Positions 43,046 to 51,429 of a DNA stretch of 64,000 nt are shown here, piece by piece (positions within the stretch are counted from its first letter, which is position 1; the number at the start of each line of letters is the position of its first letter). The notes under the pieces were generated by a model that saw only the letters and a list, made by a program, of their open reading frames with translations, made no database searches and was not told the DNA's origin. Position numbers and translations under genes: made by a program. The DNA lies in the IMG/VR virus record IMGVR_UViG_3300016654_000214, positions 2,018 to 66,017 of that record; one strand, given 5' to 3'. The DNA comes from a virus. Lineage: Duplodnaviria > Caudoviricetes.

Positions 43046-44761
43046 ATGCAATTTGCTCTTCCCTCTAACCTACAAACTGAACTGCTTGCTTACGACCCCA
43101 CGCTTAAGAAGCTGGCACAAGCAAGCAAACCCAAGACTCAAAGCAAGAAAGCCAAGTATCCCCTTGGTAATGTCGGTGCATTGATTCCAACGGAAGTCAT
43201 CCGTGAATCACTGCAGCAGGATGCTATAGACAACATCAACGGCGTTGGTGTTGCTTCAAGGTATCAATTGTTTACACGATTTCAAGATCAGAAATCTGTA
43301 CCTGTTGCAATCATTTATCACTTTGAGCAATGCTGGTATGCAGCATGGCTACCACCCAAAGGTAAAGAGAACGAATATATTTACGGCTACACCATTGCAT
43401 TCAAGAACAACAACGCTGCATCCAAATCAGTTCCTCATGCACTGTGGACCAGTCGTGAGGACATGGAGCTACGTACAGTTGGTCGTTCTGAAATTTATTA
43501 TCGTACACGGCTGATCAACAAGTACGACATTCAAGCTGGCAACGATGGCCGCCACTGGCGTGCCATGGGTGTTGCTAACTACTATCAAAAGTCACGCGAC
43601 ATTCATGAAGCGTTGACCAAGTTTGAAGATCAACTGCGTGCGAGCATTCCATCTTGGGATGATGCACGCGGAATGTTTGATCGTATCAAATGTTCCTGCG
43701 TAGCAGATGCACTAGAACTTGACAAGCTTCAAGGATACTGGGCTATTGGTAAAGTCAGCAAGCACGAGTGGATACCATCGGTAGATAACTTCTTTCGTAT
43801 TGTTGACTATTACTATGCACTCAGTGGTTATGAAGGATGCGAGTACCGTGATGTACAACGCATCCGTCACATCATTGATAAACCATTCTTTCGTCGTTGG
43901 ATTCAACGACGTTGTGATGACATCATTGAAAACTACAACAATCCAAACAACAGAATACTGAAAGTTATTCGTCGTCCATGGAAACAGATTGCACATCTGT
44001 GTTATGTCATCAACAGTGTGCATACCCTGTGGCCTGATGCTCCGCTTGATTATTATCAAACTTATCTAGATGCACTGCTAAACATTCGGCTGCGTCAAAG
44101 TGCAAACGATCAAACCATTGAATGGATTAGGCAACACATGGGTGTTGCATCGTATTTCAAAATGATTGATAAGCATTTTCATCGGATGCTTAAGGAATGT
44201 ACTGATGCTCGTTATGCCTATCTTTTTGATTCAGATCTTGATTGTTATCAATTTTCATTTAGTGATTGGACTGATACTTTGTCCATGCTTTCCCGTGTAC
44301 TGGAAGCTGGCGTAACAGTAGAAGCTCCTAAACGTTGGCGTATTGAAGAATTCCATGATCACATCCAGGCTGAGTCCTGGAAGATTAAGAATCCAAATGA
44401 AGGACTGCCCCAGGATTTATTCCCGCAGCCCGTCAAGGTTCAACATGACGGTCAGTCATGGTCATTCTTCCAACCGGTTGATACCCATCAACTTGCTATG
44501 TGGGGTCAAGCCGTACGCAATTGCGTTGGCTCTGCATCCCATTACGCTGAGGACTGCAAGAAGAAGAAGCACTTCATTGTGCTTTGCATGCTTGATGGCA
44601 AACCTCAGTTCACCATCCAGCTCACCGTAGACATGGGCATGATGTCCGTCAAACAGATTGCTGGTATTGCCAACCAACGATTGACGGACGAGCAGAAGGA
44701 TCAGTACACCGCAGCATTCAAGCTTGCATTGCAAGAACGCGAATCTGCGCTACAGTCCTGA
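43046..44761 (+). CDS. Large protein with C-terminal PcfJ-like domain
   Basis: EFHD...QLAMWGQAVRNCVG...KPQFTIQL...VKQIAGIANQR. Confidence 0.7.
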   Translation: MQFALPSNLQTELLAYDPTLKKLAQASKPKTQSKKAKYPLGNVGALIPTEVIRESLQQDAIDNINGVGVASRYQLFTRFQDQKSVPVAIIYHFEQCWYAAWLPPKGKENEYIYGYTIAFKNNNAASKSVPHALWTSREDMELRTVGRSEIYYRTRLINKYDIQAGNDGRHWRAMGVANYYQKSRDIHEALTKFEDQLRASIPSWDDARGMFDRIKCSCVADALELDKLQGYWAIGKVSKHEWIPSVDNFFRIVDYYYALSGYEGCEYRDVQRIRHIIDKPFFRRWIQRRCDDIIENYNNPNNRILKVIRRPWKQIAHLCYVINSVHTLWPDAPLDYYQTYLDALLNIRLRQSANDQTIEWIRQHMGVASYFKMIDKHFHRMLKECTDARYAYLFDSDLDCYQFSFSDWTDTLSMLSRVLEAGVTVEAPKRWRIEEFHDHIQAESWKIKNPNEGLPQDLFPQPVKVQHDGQSWSFFQPVDTHQLAMWGQAVRNCVGSASHYAEDCKKKKHFIVLCMLDGKPQFTIQLTVDMGMMSVKQIAGIANQRLTDEQKDQYTAAFKLALQERESALQS

Positions 44762-44777
44762 CGGCCGAGCCCAAGTT

Positions 44778-44809
44778 GACCAGCCTTAGCCTCGATACTA
44801 GGGCTGGTC
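44778..44809 (+). promoter_or_regulatory. 12-bp intergenic hairpin (processing or stability element)
   Basis: GACCAGCCTTAG-CCTCGATA-CTAGGGCTGGTC. Confidence 0.55.
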
Positions 44810-44817
44810 CTTACCTC

Positions 44818-45036
44818 ATGACTGACTACACCGATGATCAACTCCTAGCCATGGCCATGGCAAACATCGGAGAATTCATTCACGACAATTCACCTCAGTA
44901 CATCCTCATCGAGGAAGACCCTCGCAATGAGGAAGACTACGACACATGGGAATATGGCACTGAACCATTGCCCCATGATCACACTTGGCACTCAGCATCC
45001 ATTGATGTTGAGGTAAGTCCAAGTGAGCCCGAGTAG
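44818..45036 (+). CDS. Acidic small protein
   Basis: ATG 44818; its stop overlaps the tRNA 5' end. Confidence 0.6.
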   Translation: MTDYTDDQLLAMAMANIGEFIHDNSPQYILIEEDPRNEEDYDTWEYGTEPLPHDHTWHSASIDVEVSPSEPE

Positions 45037-45102
45037 CCCAGCGGAAGAGGCAAGCGACTTAAAATCGCTCCAGCGTGAGTTCGAATCTCACCTCGGGTAC
45101 CA
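45027..45102 (+). tRNA. trnL: tRNA-Leu(TAA), 76 nt, short variable loop, encoded CCA
   Basis: Acceptor GCCCGAG/CTCGGGT plus ACCA; D arm GCC/GGC; anticodon arm AGCGA-CTTAAAA-TCGCT; T arm GTGAG-TTCGAAT-CTCAC. Confidence 0.92.
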
Positions 45103-45124
45103 CTCAACTCAATTCATTACAACA

Positions 45125-45487
45125 ATGGAATTCCTTTCCGCTTTTCGTCATCTTATCCCTGAGTTCCACGCTTACTCTGATGAAGAGCAGCGTTACAACA
45201 TTGGAGCAACCTGGACAGCGGCTGACGGTCTTAAGGACTATCACAACCTTGAACTACGGTACGTTCGAAACTCAGAGCGTCTTGCCCTCCAAGGTGATCC
45301 CCAGCCTGATGGCAGCTGGAAGTATGTGGAACCCTGCGGTCGTGTCCACACCATGTCCGCAGACCGAGCCAAGCTGTTCATGGAACAGACCCATGCCCAT
45401 GCCAACATCATGTGCGGCATGCTGGACCGGCTCAAGGAAGCAGGATTGCTTGAACAGGTAGTGGACACCAGTGCCCAACCTGCCTAG
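45125..45487 (+). CDS. Hypothetical protein
   Basis: ATG 45125 after the tRNA and an ACTCAACTCAATTCA leader. Confidence 0.7.
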   Translation: MEFLSAFRHLIPEFHAYSDEEQRYNIGATWTAADGLKDYHNLELRYVRNSERLALQGDPQPDGSWKYVEPCGRVHTMSADRAKLFMEQTHAHANIMCGMLDRLKEAGLLEQVVDTSAQPA

Positions 45488-45506
45488 TATTCATACGGAA
45501 TGTTCG

Positions 45507-45534
45507 GCCCCTGCCTTGGCGGGGGCTCTTTCTT
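45507..45534 (+). terminator. Probable terminator
   Basis: GCCCCTGC-CTTG-GCGGGGGC-TCTTTCTT. Confidence 0.5.
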
Positions 45535-45933
45535 ATGAAACTCAATCCTGACTCACAACTAGAACAAGAAGAACAATCACAAGAAATACCTCAACCTGAT
45601 CCAGTTGATATGGATCTGGTACTCAAGGTTATTGATATGGTGCCACGTCACACTTGGCCTGCTGTGCTTGATGCAGCTGTTGCCAACATTGTCAATGAGT
45701 TACCTGTTGAAACTATGTTTCGCATGTGCGAACTTTATTTAACGGATTATTACTTACAAAATCCCATGGAGATTATTCCTGATCTTATGCGGATTAAAGG
45801 TGAAGAGTCTGCGCTTTATATTCTTGATTCATTACAGCTGGATAAAATTCCAGGACCTAAAGCCAAGCGCGAGCAAGAAGAACAGGAACAATTTGTAACT
45901 GATAACGCACCTTGTTCTATTGATTCCCAATGA
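45535..45933 (+). CDS. Acidic hypothetical protein
   Basis: 132-aa ORF. Confidence 0.6.
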   Translation: MKLNPDSQLEQEEQSQEIPQPDPVDMDLVLKVIDMVPRHTWPAVLDAAVANIVNELPVETMFRMCELYLTDYYLQNPMEIIPDLMRIKGEESALYILDSLQLDKIPGPKAKREQEEQEQFVTDNAPCSIDSQ

Positions 45934-46265
45934 ACTGCCGTTCATGTAACAGCACCAACACTCGTGTTACATGTACTAACAAATTAATGCCTGATGTAGT
46001 AAAACGCTATTGCAGGTGTTTAGACTGCGGCACACGATTTCGTACTGTTGAACGGTATGAAATTGCTAAACGTATTGCCATTAATCAATATGTACCGGAA
46101 GGTACAACTAATGGTCACTCACGTTTAAATGCTGACGAGGTGTTAATGATTCGTCATTTACACCAAACTGGTTTATCTAATGGTCAAATTGCTATTCGGT
46201 TTGGCCATGATCGCAGCACCATTTCAAAAATTGTCAACTACAAAACCTATCGCAACATCAAATGA
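45930..46265 (+). CDS. NrdR-like Zn-ribbon fused to an HTH (putative transcription regulator)
   Basis: MNCRSC..TRV...KRYCRCLDCGTRFRTVERYE plus RLNADEVLMIR...IAIRFGHDRSTISKIV. Confidence 0.65.
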   Translation: MNCRSCNSTNTRVTCTNKLMPDVVKRYCRCLDCGTRFRTVERYEIAKRIAINQYVPEGTTNGHSRLNADEVLMIRHLHQTGLSNGQIAIRFGHDRSTISKIVNYKTYRNIK

Positions 46266-46561
46266 CAACCAAAACTAAAGTCAACTACGCCATTGGTGAT
46301 CGTGTGGCAGAACGCCCTAAAACCCATGCGCTTATGACAGTTCGTGCTGAAGTGCGTGAACGCATTTTTCAATACCGTAGTCAACGTTATGGTACGGTTA
46401 TTGGATTTAAAACCAAAGTAAATGCACGCGGTCAGAACACTAAGTTCCTTGTGATCCAATGGGATCATTTGAAGTCACCAACTGAGCATGCTCAGATGCG
46501 TATCTGTCCTATTGATCAGTTAGATAAGTTGACTAAAGAAGTGATTGTCCCAGGGGAATGA
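46262..46561 (+). CDS. Hypothetical SH3-like protein
   Basis: YAIGDRV...YGTVIG...FLVIQWD pattern. Confidence 0.55.
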   Translation: MTTKTKVNYAIGDRVAERPKTHALMTVRAEVRERIFQYRSQRYGTVIGFKTKVNARGQNTKFLVIQWDHLKSPTEHAQMRICPIDQLDKLTKEVIVPGE

Positions 46562-46562
46562 T

Positions 46563-46769
46563 ATGGATATTCGTACAAAAATTGTTATCGATGGTGTTGC
46601 TTGGGGTCTTGCAATTTTTGCAATACTTATATTGATATTTGCAATAGTAAAACCTGATCCACCGCAAGGAGAACGCTTTAAAGTAGTGGACAAATACGAA
46701 GGTTGTGATGTTGTTAGATACACTGATGCATCCAACACTTGGCATTATTTATTGAGGTGTTCCAAATGA
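46563..46769 (+). CDS. Small membrane-anchored protein
   Basis: TM GVAWGLAIFAILILIFAIV; C-terminal Cys pair. Confidence 0.6.
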   Translation: MDIRTKIVIDGVAWGLAIFAILILIFAIVKPDPPQGERFKVVDKYEGCDVVRYTDASNTWHYLLRCSK

Positions 46770-47413
46770 AAGTTCAGTTGGTTTGGTCTACGCCAAATGC
46801 AGAAGAAATGATTGTCAAGATGGCTCGGGTCTCTGCCCCGAAGAATCAAGACAACATGGATACTGCACCACAATTACTTAAGTATCTCATCAACAACAAA
46901 CATTGGTCTCCATTTGAAATGGGGAACATGTGCGTTGAGATTGAAACAACTCGTGCAATTTCACCTCAGATATTGAGACATCGGTCGTTTTCATTCCAGG
47001 AATTTAGTCAACGCTATGCAAACACAGCAGAGCTTGGTTCAGCTGTTATTCCTCATTTGCGTCGTCAAGATTTTAAAAATCGGCAGAATAGTATCGATGA
47101 TTTATCTGCTGATGCTATCGCCGGCTATTATCGTCGCATCAGCCAGTTGTATGAAGACGCCGAACATCTGTATAAAGAGATGCTCAGCACAGGTGTCGCA
47201 AAGGAATGCGCTCGATCTATTCTGCCACTTTCAACACAGACCCGTCTTTACATGAACGGTACACTCCGTTCATGGATCCACTATCTCCAACTTCGTTGTG
47301 ACCCAGGAACCCAGTTTGAACACAGACAAATTGCAGAAGCCATCAAAGGAATCTTCTGCACAGAATTCCCTGTTATTGGGGAAGCCGTTTTCCAAGGAGA
47401 AGCAGCTTCCTAA
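46766..47413 (+). CDS. thyX: FAD-dependent thymidylate synthase
   Basis: HWSPFEM, QILRHRSFSFQEFSQRY, AKECARSILP, NGTLRSWIHYLQLR; GAGGTG SD. Confidence 0.95.
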   Translation: MKVQLVWSTPNAEEMIVKMARVSAPKNQDNMDTAPQLLKYLINNKHWSPFEMGNMCVEIETTRAISPQILRHRSFSFQEFSQRYANTAELGSAVIPHLRRQDFKNRQNSIDDLSADAIAGYYRRISQLYEDAEHLYKEMLSTGVAKECARSILPLSTQTRLYMNGTLRSWIHYLQLRCDPGTQFEHRQIAEAIKGIFCTEFPVIGEAVFQGEAAS

Positions 47414-47475
47414 ACGTGACATGGAAGAGTGGTTAGCCGAGGGTCACGGCCGCTTGTTTTTTTAATTCTTTGACA

Positions 47476-47518
47476 GCATGTTGGGATTCATTGTCCCGGC
47501 GTGCTTTCTTTTTCTTTT
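47476..47518 (+). terminator. Rho-independent terminator (second of a tandem pair after thyX)
   Basis: GCATGTTGGGA-TTCATTG-TCCCGGCGTGC plus a long T tract; another hairpin with T7 ends at about 47463. Confidence 0.75.
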
Positions 47519-47558
47519 GGCTTATCAGATAAACAATCAATGCTTGTTTCATGATTCA

Positions 47559-47572
47559 GTAGCTATTGTTAC
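47559..47572. promoter_or_regulatory. Possible NtcA-binding site
   Basis: GTA-GCTATTGT-TAC (GTAN8TAC), intergenic. Confidence 0.3.
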
Positions 47573-47769
47573 AGAATTATATGAGCAAGCCTGAAATTGA
47601 TGTCGTTCATCCTGTTACCAAAAGGGTGCGACCTCACGGCGATCACTCCGCAAGGTCGTTCAGTTACCAACCAGAGGAAACGATAAAAACTCTGGTTCCC
47701 TTGAGGCTGACATCGTTCTTCTTTGCCTCATTACTATTATGGATCTGGAATATTCCTGATCGGTAATAT

Positions 47770-47797
47770 GGACCTGAGCACGTCCTTAAACTACTTA
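47770..47797 (+). ncRNA. Repeated H-type pseudoknot motif, copy 3 (stem 1 inverted)
   Basis: GGAC-CT-GAGCA-C-GTCC-TTAAAC-TACTTA. Confidence 0.6.
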
Positions 47798-47832
47798 TAA
47801 GCTACGCTTATCAATTCAATTCAATTCAACTC

Positions 47833-48603
47833 ATGAAACTCCTCAAGTTTTCTACCGGCAACGGTAAGCTCAAGAATCGTTTAATTTTTTCGTTGCCAGC
47901 GGGTTATGCCTGTCCCCACGCTGGTGTTTGCAAGACCTTTGCTGATCGCGCCACAGGATCTATTACTGATTTGCCTCAGTACACAGGCGTCGAAGCAACC
48001 AATGAATACCGTTGCTTTGCTGCTATGGCAGAGGTTAGGCCTAACGTCCGAGAGGCTCGTTGGCACAACTGGGATTTGTTGCGTGAAACACTGCACATGA
48101 ATGGCAACCAAGCGTTGTTATTGCGTGACTTGATTGACATGTCATTGTTGATGCATCCGCCCAAGCAACTGGTTCGCATCCATGAGTCCGGTGACTTCTG
48201 GACTGAGAACTACATGAAGGCTTGGATGATGGTGGCGCAAGAGCGGCCCCAACAAAAGTTCTATGCCTACACCAAATCGCTAGGCATGTGGTACAACCTA
48301 CGGGAATCTATTCCATCCAACTTCTACCTGACCGCATCCTTTGGTGGCACACTTGATTACCTCATTCCTAAATATCCTGAGGTCTTCAAGCGGGTGGCAC
48401 ATGTGGTCTACACAGAACAGGATGCAGCTACACAAGGTCTGGAGATTGACCATGACGACAGCCACTGCCTAGGCGACAAACCGTTTGCACTTCTGGTGCA
48501 TGGCAGCCAGCGAGCTGGGTCAGAAGCCAGCCAAGCCATTGCTCAACGTAAGAAGGAAGGGGGATTTGTGGGATACGGCAAATCAAATCCTCATAAATCC
48601 TGA
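47833..48603 (+). CDS. Gp88-like protein (Cys-rich, Fe-S/radical-SAM-like)
   Basis: GNGKL...FSLPAGYACP.AGVC...YRCFA...VRIHESGDF...FYAYTKS. Confidence 0.7.
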   Translation: MKLLKFSTGNGKLKNRLIFSLPAGYACPHAGVCKTFADRATGSITDLPQYTGVEATNEYRCFAAMAEVRPNVREARWHNWDLLRETLHMNGNQALLLRDLIDMSLLMHPPKQLVRIHESGDFWTENYMKAWMMVAQERPQQKFYAYTKSLGMWYNLRESIPSNFYLTASFGGTLDYLIPKYPEVFKRVAHVVYTEQDAATQGLEIDHDDSHCLGDKPFALLVHGSQRAGSEASQAIAQRKKEGGFVGYGKSNPHKS

Positions 48604-48659
48604 AGACACTTGCAAGGATTGACAGATCAGATATCATCTGTCCGTCTTACATTTTTTGC

Positions 48660-48893
48660 ATGTCTTACGTGATTGCTACCTGGAAAGATGGCAGGCCGTA
48701 TGCCATTACGGCCTGCTCTAATTCCAATCAGTTCCAGTTAATTCCGTTAGATTTAGAAGTAGCTCTGAGCAAGATTTTCTCCCACCCATATCGGGCTGGA
48801 GCACAGAACATCCTGGCGTGGATTAACAACAATGACAAACAGCTTGCCGGTGCGGAACTCTCAATTCAAGATGAAGCCCGATTCAGAAAATGA
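48660..48893 (+). CDS. Hypothetical protein
   Basis: 77 aa; TTGCAA-N16-TATCAT promoter-like site upstream. Confidence 0.55.
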   Translation: MSYVIATWKDGRPYAITACSNSNQFQLIPLDLEVALSKIFSHPYRAGAQNILAWINNNDKQLAGAELSIQDEARFRK

Positions 48894-50691
48894 ATCTTGG
48901 TTGATCTTTGACCTTGAATCAGATGGCCTGTATGACAAAGTCACGAAAGTTTTCTGTGTTGTCATCTATGACATCACACGAGCAAAAACTTTTACTTATG
49001 GGCCTGATCGCATTGATGATGCTATTGCTCATCTGGCAACCGCTGATGTACTCATTGGTCACAACGTAATTTTTTACGACCTACCAGTTCTGCAAAAACT
49101 GCATTCATTTGACCCCAAATCATGCATTATCGACACATTAATTTGCACCAGATTGATTTGGCCCAAGGAAGTATTGGAGGACCTGGACAATGAACAATAT
49201 CCGCAGGTTCCAGCGAAGAACCGTGGATCTGCATCACTTAAGGCCTGGGGATGGCGCTTGGCCGATCATAAGATCAGCTTCAAGGACTTCTCCCAATATT
49301 CTCAAGAGATGCTGGACTACTGTGTCCAGGACGTGGCAGTCACCACAAAACTCTGGCGGTTCATTGCATCACAAAGTTACCCTGCGCCAGCACTCAAGTT
49401 GGAGCATGACTTTGCCTTGGCAATTAACCGACAAATTCGAGCAGGTTTTCCTTTTGATATTGATGCATGCCTTGATCTTGTGGATGTTCTTAGAGCAAAG
49501 CAAGCAGAGCTTGAAGTCCACTTAAAAGAATTGTTTCCGCCGATACGGCATGAGGAAACCTTCATCCCTAAGGTGAACAACAAAACCCGTGGCTATGTTA
49601 AAGGTCAGCCCTTCACGAAGGTTCGCTTTGAGGAATTCAATCCGGGATCTCGTCAACAGATTGCAGACCGACTTAGACAAAAGTACGGATGGACGCCTGA
49701 AAAAACAACGGACAAAGGAAATCCAATACTTGACGACGATATACTCGCGGCTTTGCCCTACCCCGAAGCACAACCCCTAGCTGAATACATGTTGATCAAG
49801 AAACGTCTTGGTCAGATTGCAGATGGCAACAACGCATGGCTCAAATTGGTAAACAATGATGATCTATGTATACACGGCGATCTGGTTACTAACGGCTGCA
49901 TTACTGGGCGCTGTGCACACCGCAATCCAAATATGGGCCAAGTCCCAGCGGCTTACTCCCCTTACGGAAAGGAGTGTCGAAATTTGTTCCATGCTCCTTA
50001 CGGGTGGAACCTTATTGGTGTTGACGCTAAGGCACTTGAATTACGTTGCCTCGCTGGATACCTTGCCATATGGGATGACGGTGAGTATGCCCGTCTTGTG
50101 ACAGATGAATCCATTGATATTCATACCTATAACCAACAACAGTTTGGCGTAGCTACCAGGGACATCAGCAAGCGTTTGCTCTACGGCATGCTTTATGGAT
50201 GTGGTGCAGCCAAGGCAGGAACAATTATTGATCCGAATGAAAAAGATCCAGATGTTCTACGTCAAATGGGAAGTACTGCAATTAATGGATTCATGAATGG
50301 TGTACCAGCATTGCGTGCACTGAAGAACAATCTGTCACTGACAATCCAATCCCGTGGTTATCTGCGGGGCCTAGATCAACGGGCATTGTTTTGTCGATCT
50401 GAATTCAAAGGATTAAATGTCCTCCTTCAAGCAGCAGGGGCTCTCATCATGAAACAAGTGGTTATTAATGTTCACAACAATCTTGATGCCATGGGTTTAG
50501 TTCATGGCAAGGATTGGATTCAACACGCCATGATTCACGATGAGATTCAGCTGTCCTGCCCATCCGATCTGACAGCCACGGTCCAAGAGCAAGCTTTGCG
50601 TGCGTTCCCGCAAGCACAGGACTTCTTTGGATTCCGCTGTAAGATTGAGGGCGACTCAAGGGTTGGTCACACCTGGGCAGAAACTCACTAG
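48871..50691 (+). CDS. polA: DNA polymerase family A (T7-like, 3'-5' exonuclease plus polymerase)
   Basis: Exo I IFDLESDG, Exo II GHN..YD, Exo III YCVQD; motif A VDAKALELR, motif B RDISKRLLYGMLYG, motif C IHDEIQ. Confidence 0.95.
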   Translation: MKPDSENESWLIFDLESDGLYDKVTKVFCVVIYDITRAKTFTYGPDRIDDAIAHLATADVLIGHNVIFYDLPVLQKLHSFDPKSCIIDTLICTRLIWPKEVLEDLDNEQYPQVPAKNRGSASLKAWGWRLADHKISFKDFSQYSQEMLDYCVQDVAVTTKLWRFIASQSYPAPALKLEHDFALAINRQIRAGFPFDIDACLDLVDVLRAKQAELEVHLKELFPPIRHEETFIPKVNNKTRGYVKGQPFTKVRFEEFNPGSRQQIADRLRQKYGWTPEKTTDKGNPILDDDILAALPYPEAQPLAEYMLIKKRLGQIADGNNAWLKLVNNDDLCIHGDLVTNGCITGRCAHRNPNMGQVPAAYSPYGKECRNLFHAPYGWNLIGVDAKALELRCLAGYLAIWDDGEYARLVTDESIDIHTYNQQQFGVATRDISKRLLYGMLYGCGAAKAGTIIDPNEKDPDVLRQMGSTAINGFMNGVPALRALKNNLSLTIQSRGYLRGLDQRALFCRSEFKGLNVLLQAAGALIMKQVVINVHNNLDAMGLVHGKDWIQHAMIHDEIQLSCPSDLTATVQEQALRAFPQAQDFFGFRCKIEGDSRVGHTWAETH

Positions 50692-50703
50692 CCAACATTA
50701 CTA

Positions 50704-50889
50704 ATGACCCAACAGCTTTCTCCCGCTGCTGAAGCCGTGCTTGATGCAGCGTTGCCTCACATAGTTCACCGCTACTCCGTCGCCGCCGCCCTGCGTGCTG
50801 CTGCGGATCATGTTTACCACGACTGGTCTGGATTTAACTGCGTTGATTACCTGTGCGAAATTGCCGCCGAGCTGGAGGGTGCGCAATGA
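50704..50889 (+). CDS. Hypothetical protein, LSPAA...AAALRAAA family (copy 1)
   Basis: Paralogue of 52843..53103. Confidence 0.65.
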   Translation: MTQQLSPAAEAVLDAALPHIVHRYSVAAALRAAADHVYHDWSGFNCVDYLCEIAAELEGAQ

Positions 50890-51251
50890 CCACTGACTTT
50901 CGCGCCCTGTGCGTTGAGTTGACTGATTGCCTAGAAAAAGCAGACTGGCCGCACCGCTACAAAGCCGTGTTTCAGCAGTGGACAGACATTGCTCACGCCG
51001 CCTTAGCTAAACCAGATGGACCGACTGTGTCCGACGACAGGGAGCCGGCCTCTGTCATTCCCCAGCTTACTCAGCAGCTCCACCGTCGAGCAACAGTCCT
51101 TCTGATCCGCAAGGTGATTGAACAAGCTCTCCGCGACACCGCATCAGTTCACTGGCGTGTGGCTGATACCGGCGAGCAACTTGTACGCGCCAGCGATTTA
51201 CTGGCGTGGGCAGAGCACATGGAAAAACAAATGGAGCAACTCGATGACTGA
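50886..51251 (+). CDS. Hypothetical protein, MTTDFRALC family (copy 1)
   Basis: ATGA-coupled start; paralogue of 53100..53630. Confidence 0.65.
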   Translation: MTTDFRALCVELTDCLEKADWPHRYKAVFQQWTDIAHAALAKPDGPTVSDDREPASVIPQLTQQLHRRATVLLIRKVIEQALRDTASVHWRVADTGEQLVRASDLLAWAEHMEKQMEQLDD

Positions 51252-51429
51252 CTTCAGCATTGATTCAGAAGCTGGTCGCATCGGTCAGTTCTGGTGGTTC
51301 AACACCAACAACGTTGACCGCCTCTGGCTGGGAAACGTGTCACCTTGGGTGAAGAAGTGGTGCATCCGTTGGGGCACCTGCGGCATTGGCCGCGACATCC
51401 ACGTTGTAATGGCACCTGCCCATGACTGA
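51244..51429 (+). CDS. Trp-rich small protein
   Basis: ATG 51244 overlapping the upstream end. Confidence 0.55.
   Translation: MTDFSIDSEAGRIGQFWWFNTNNVDRLWLGNVSPWVKKWCIRWGTCGIGRDIHVVMAPAHD

Noticed and set aside
45023-45124. N-terminal extension of ORF 45023..45487
   Set aside because: It runs through the tRNA; the real start is ATG 45125 with the typical leader.
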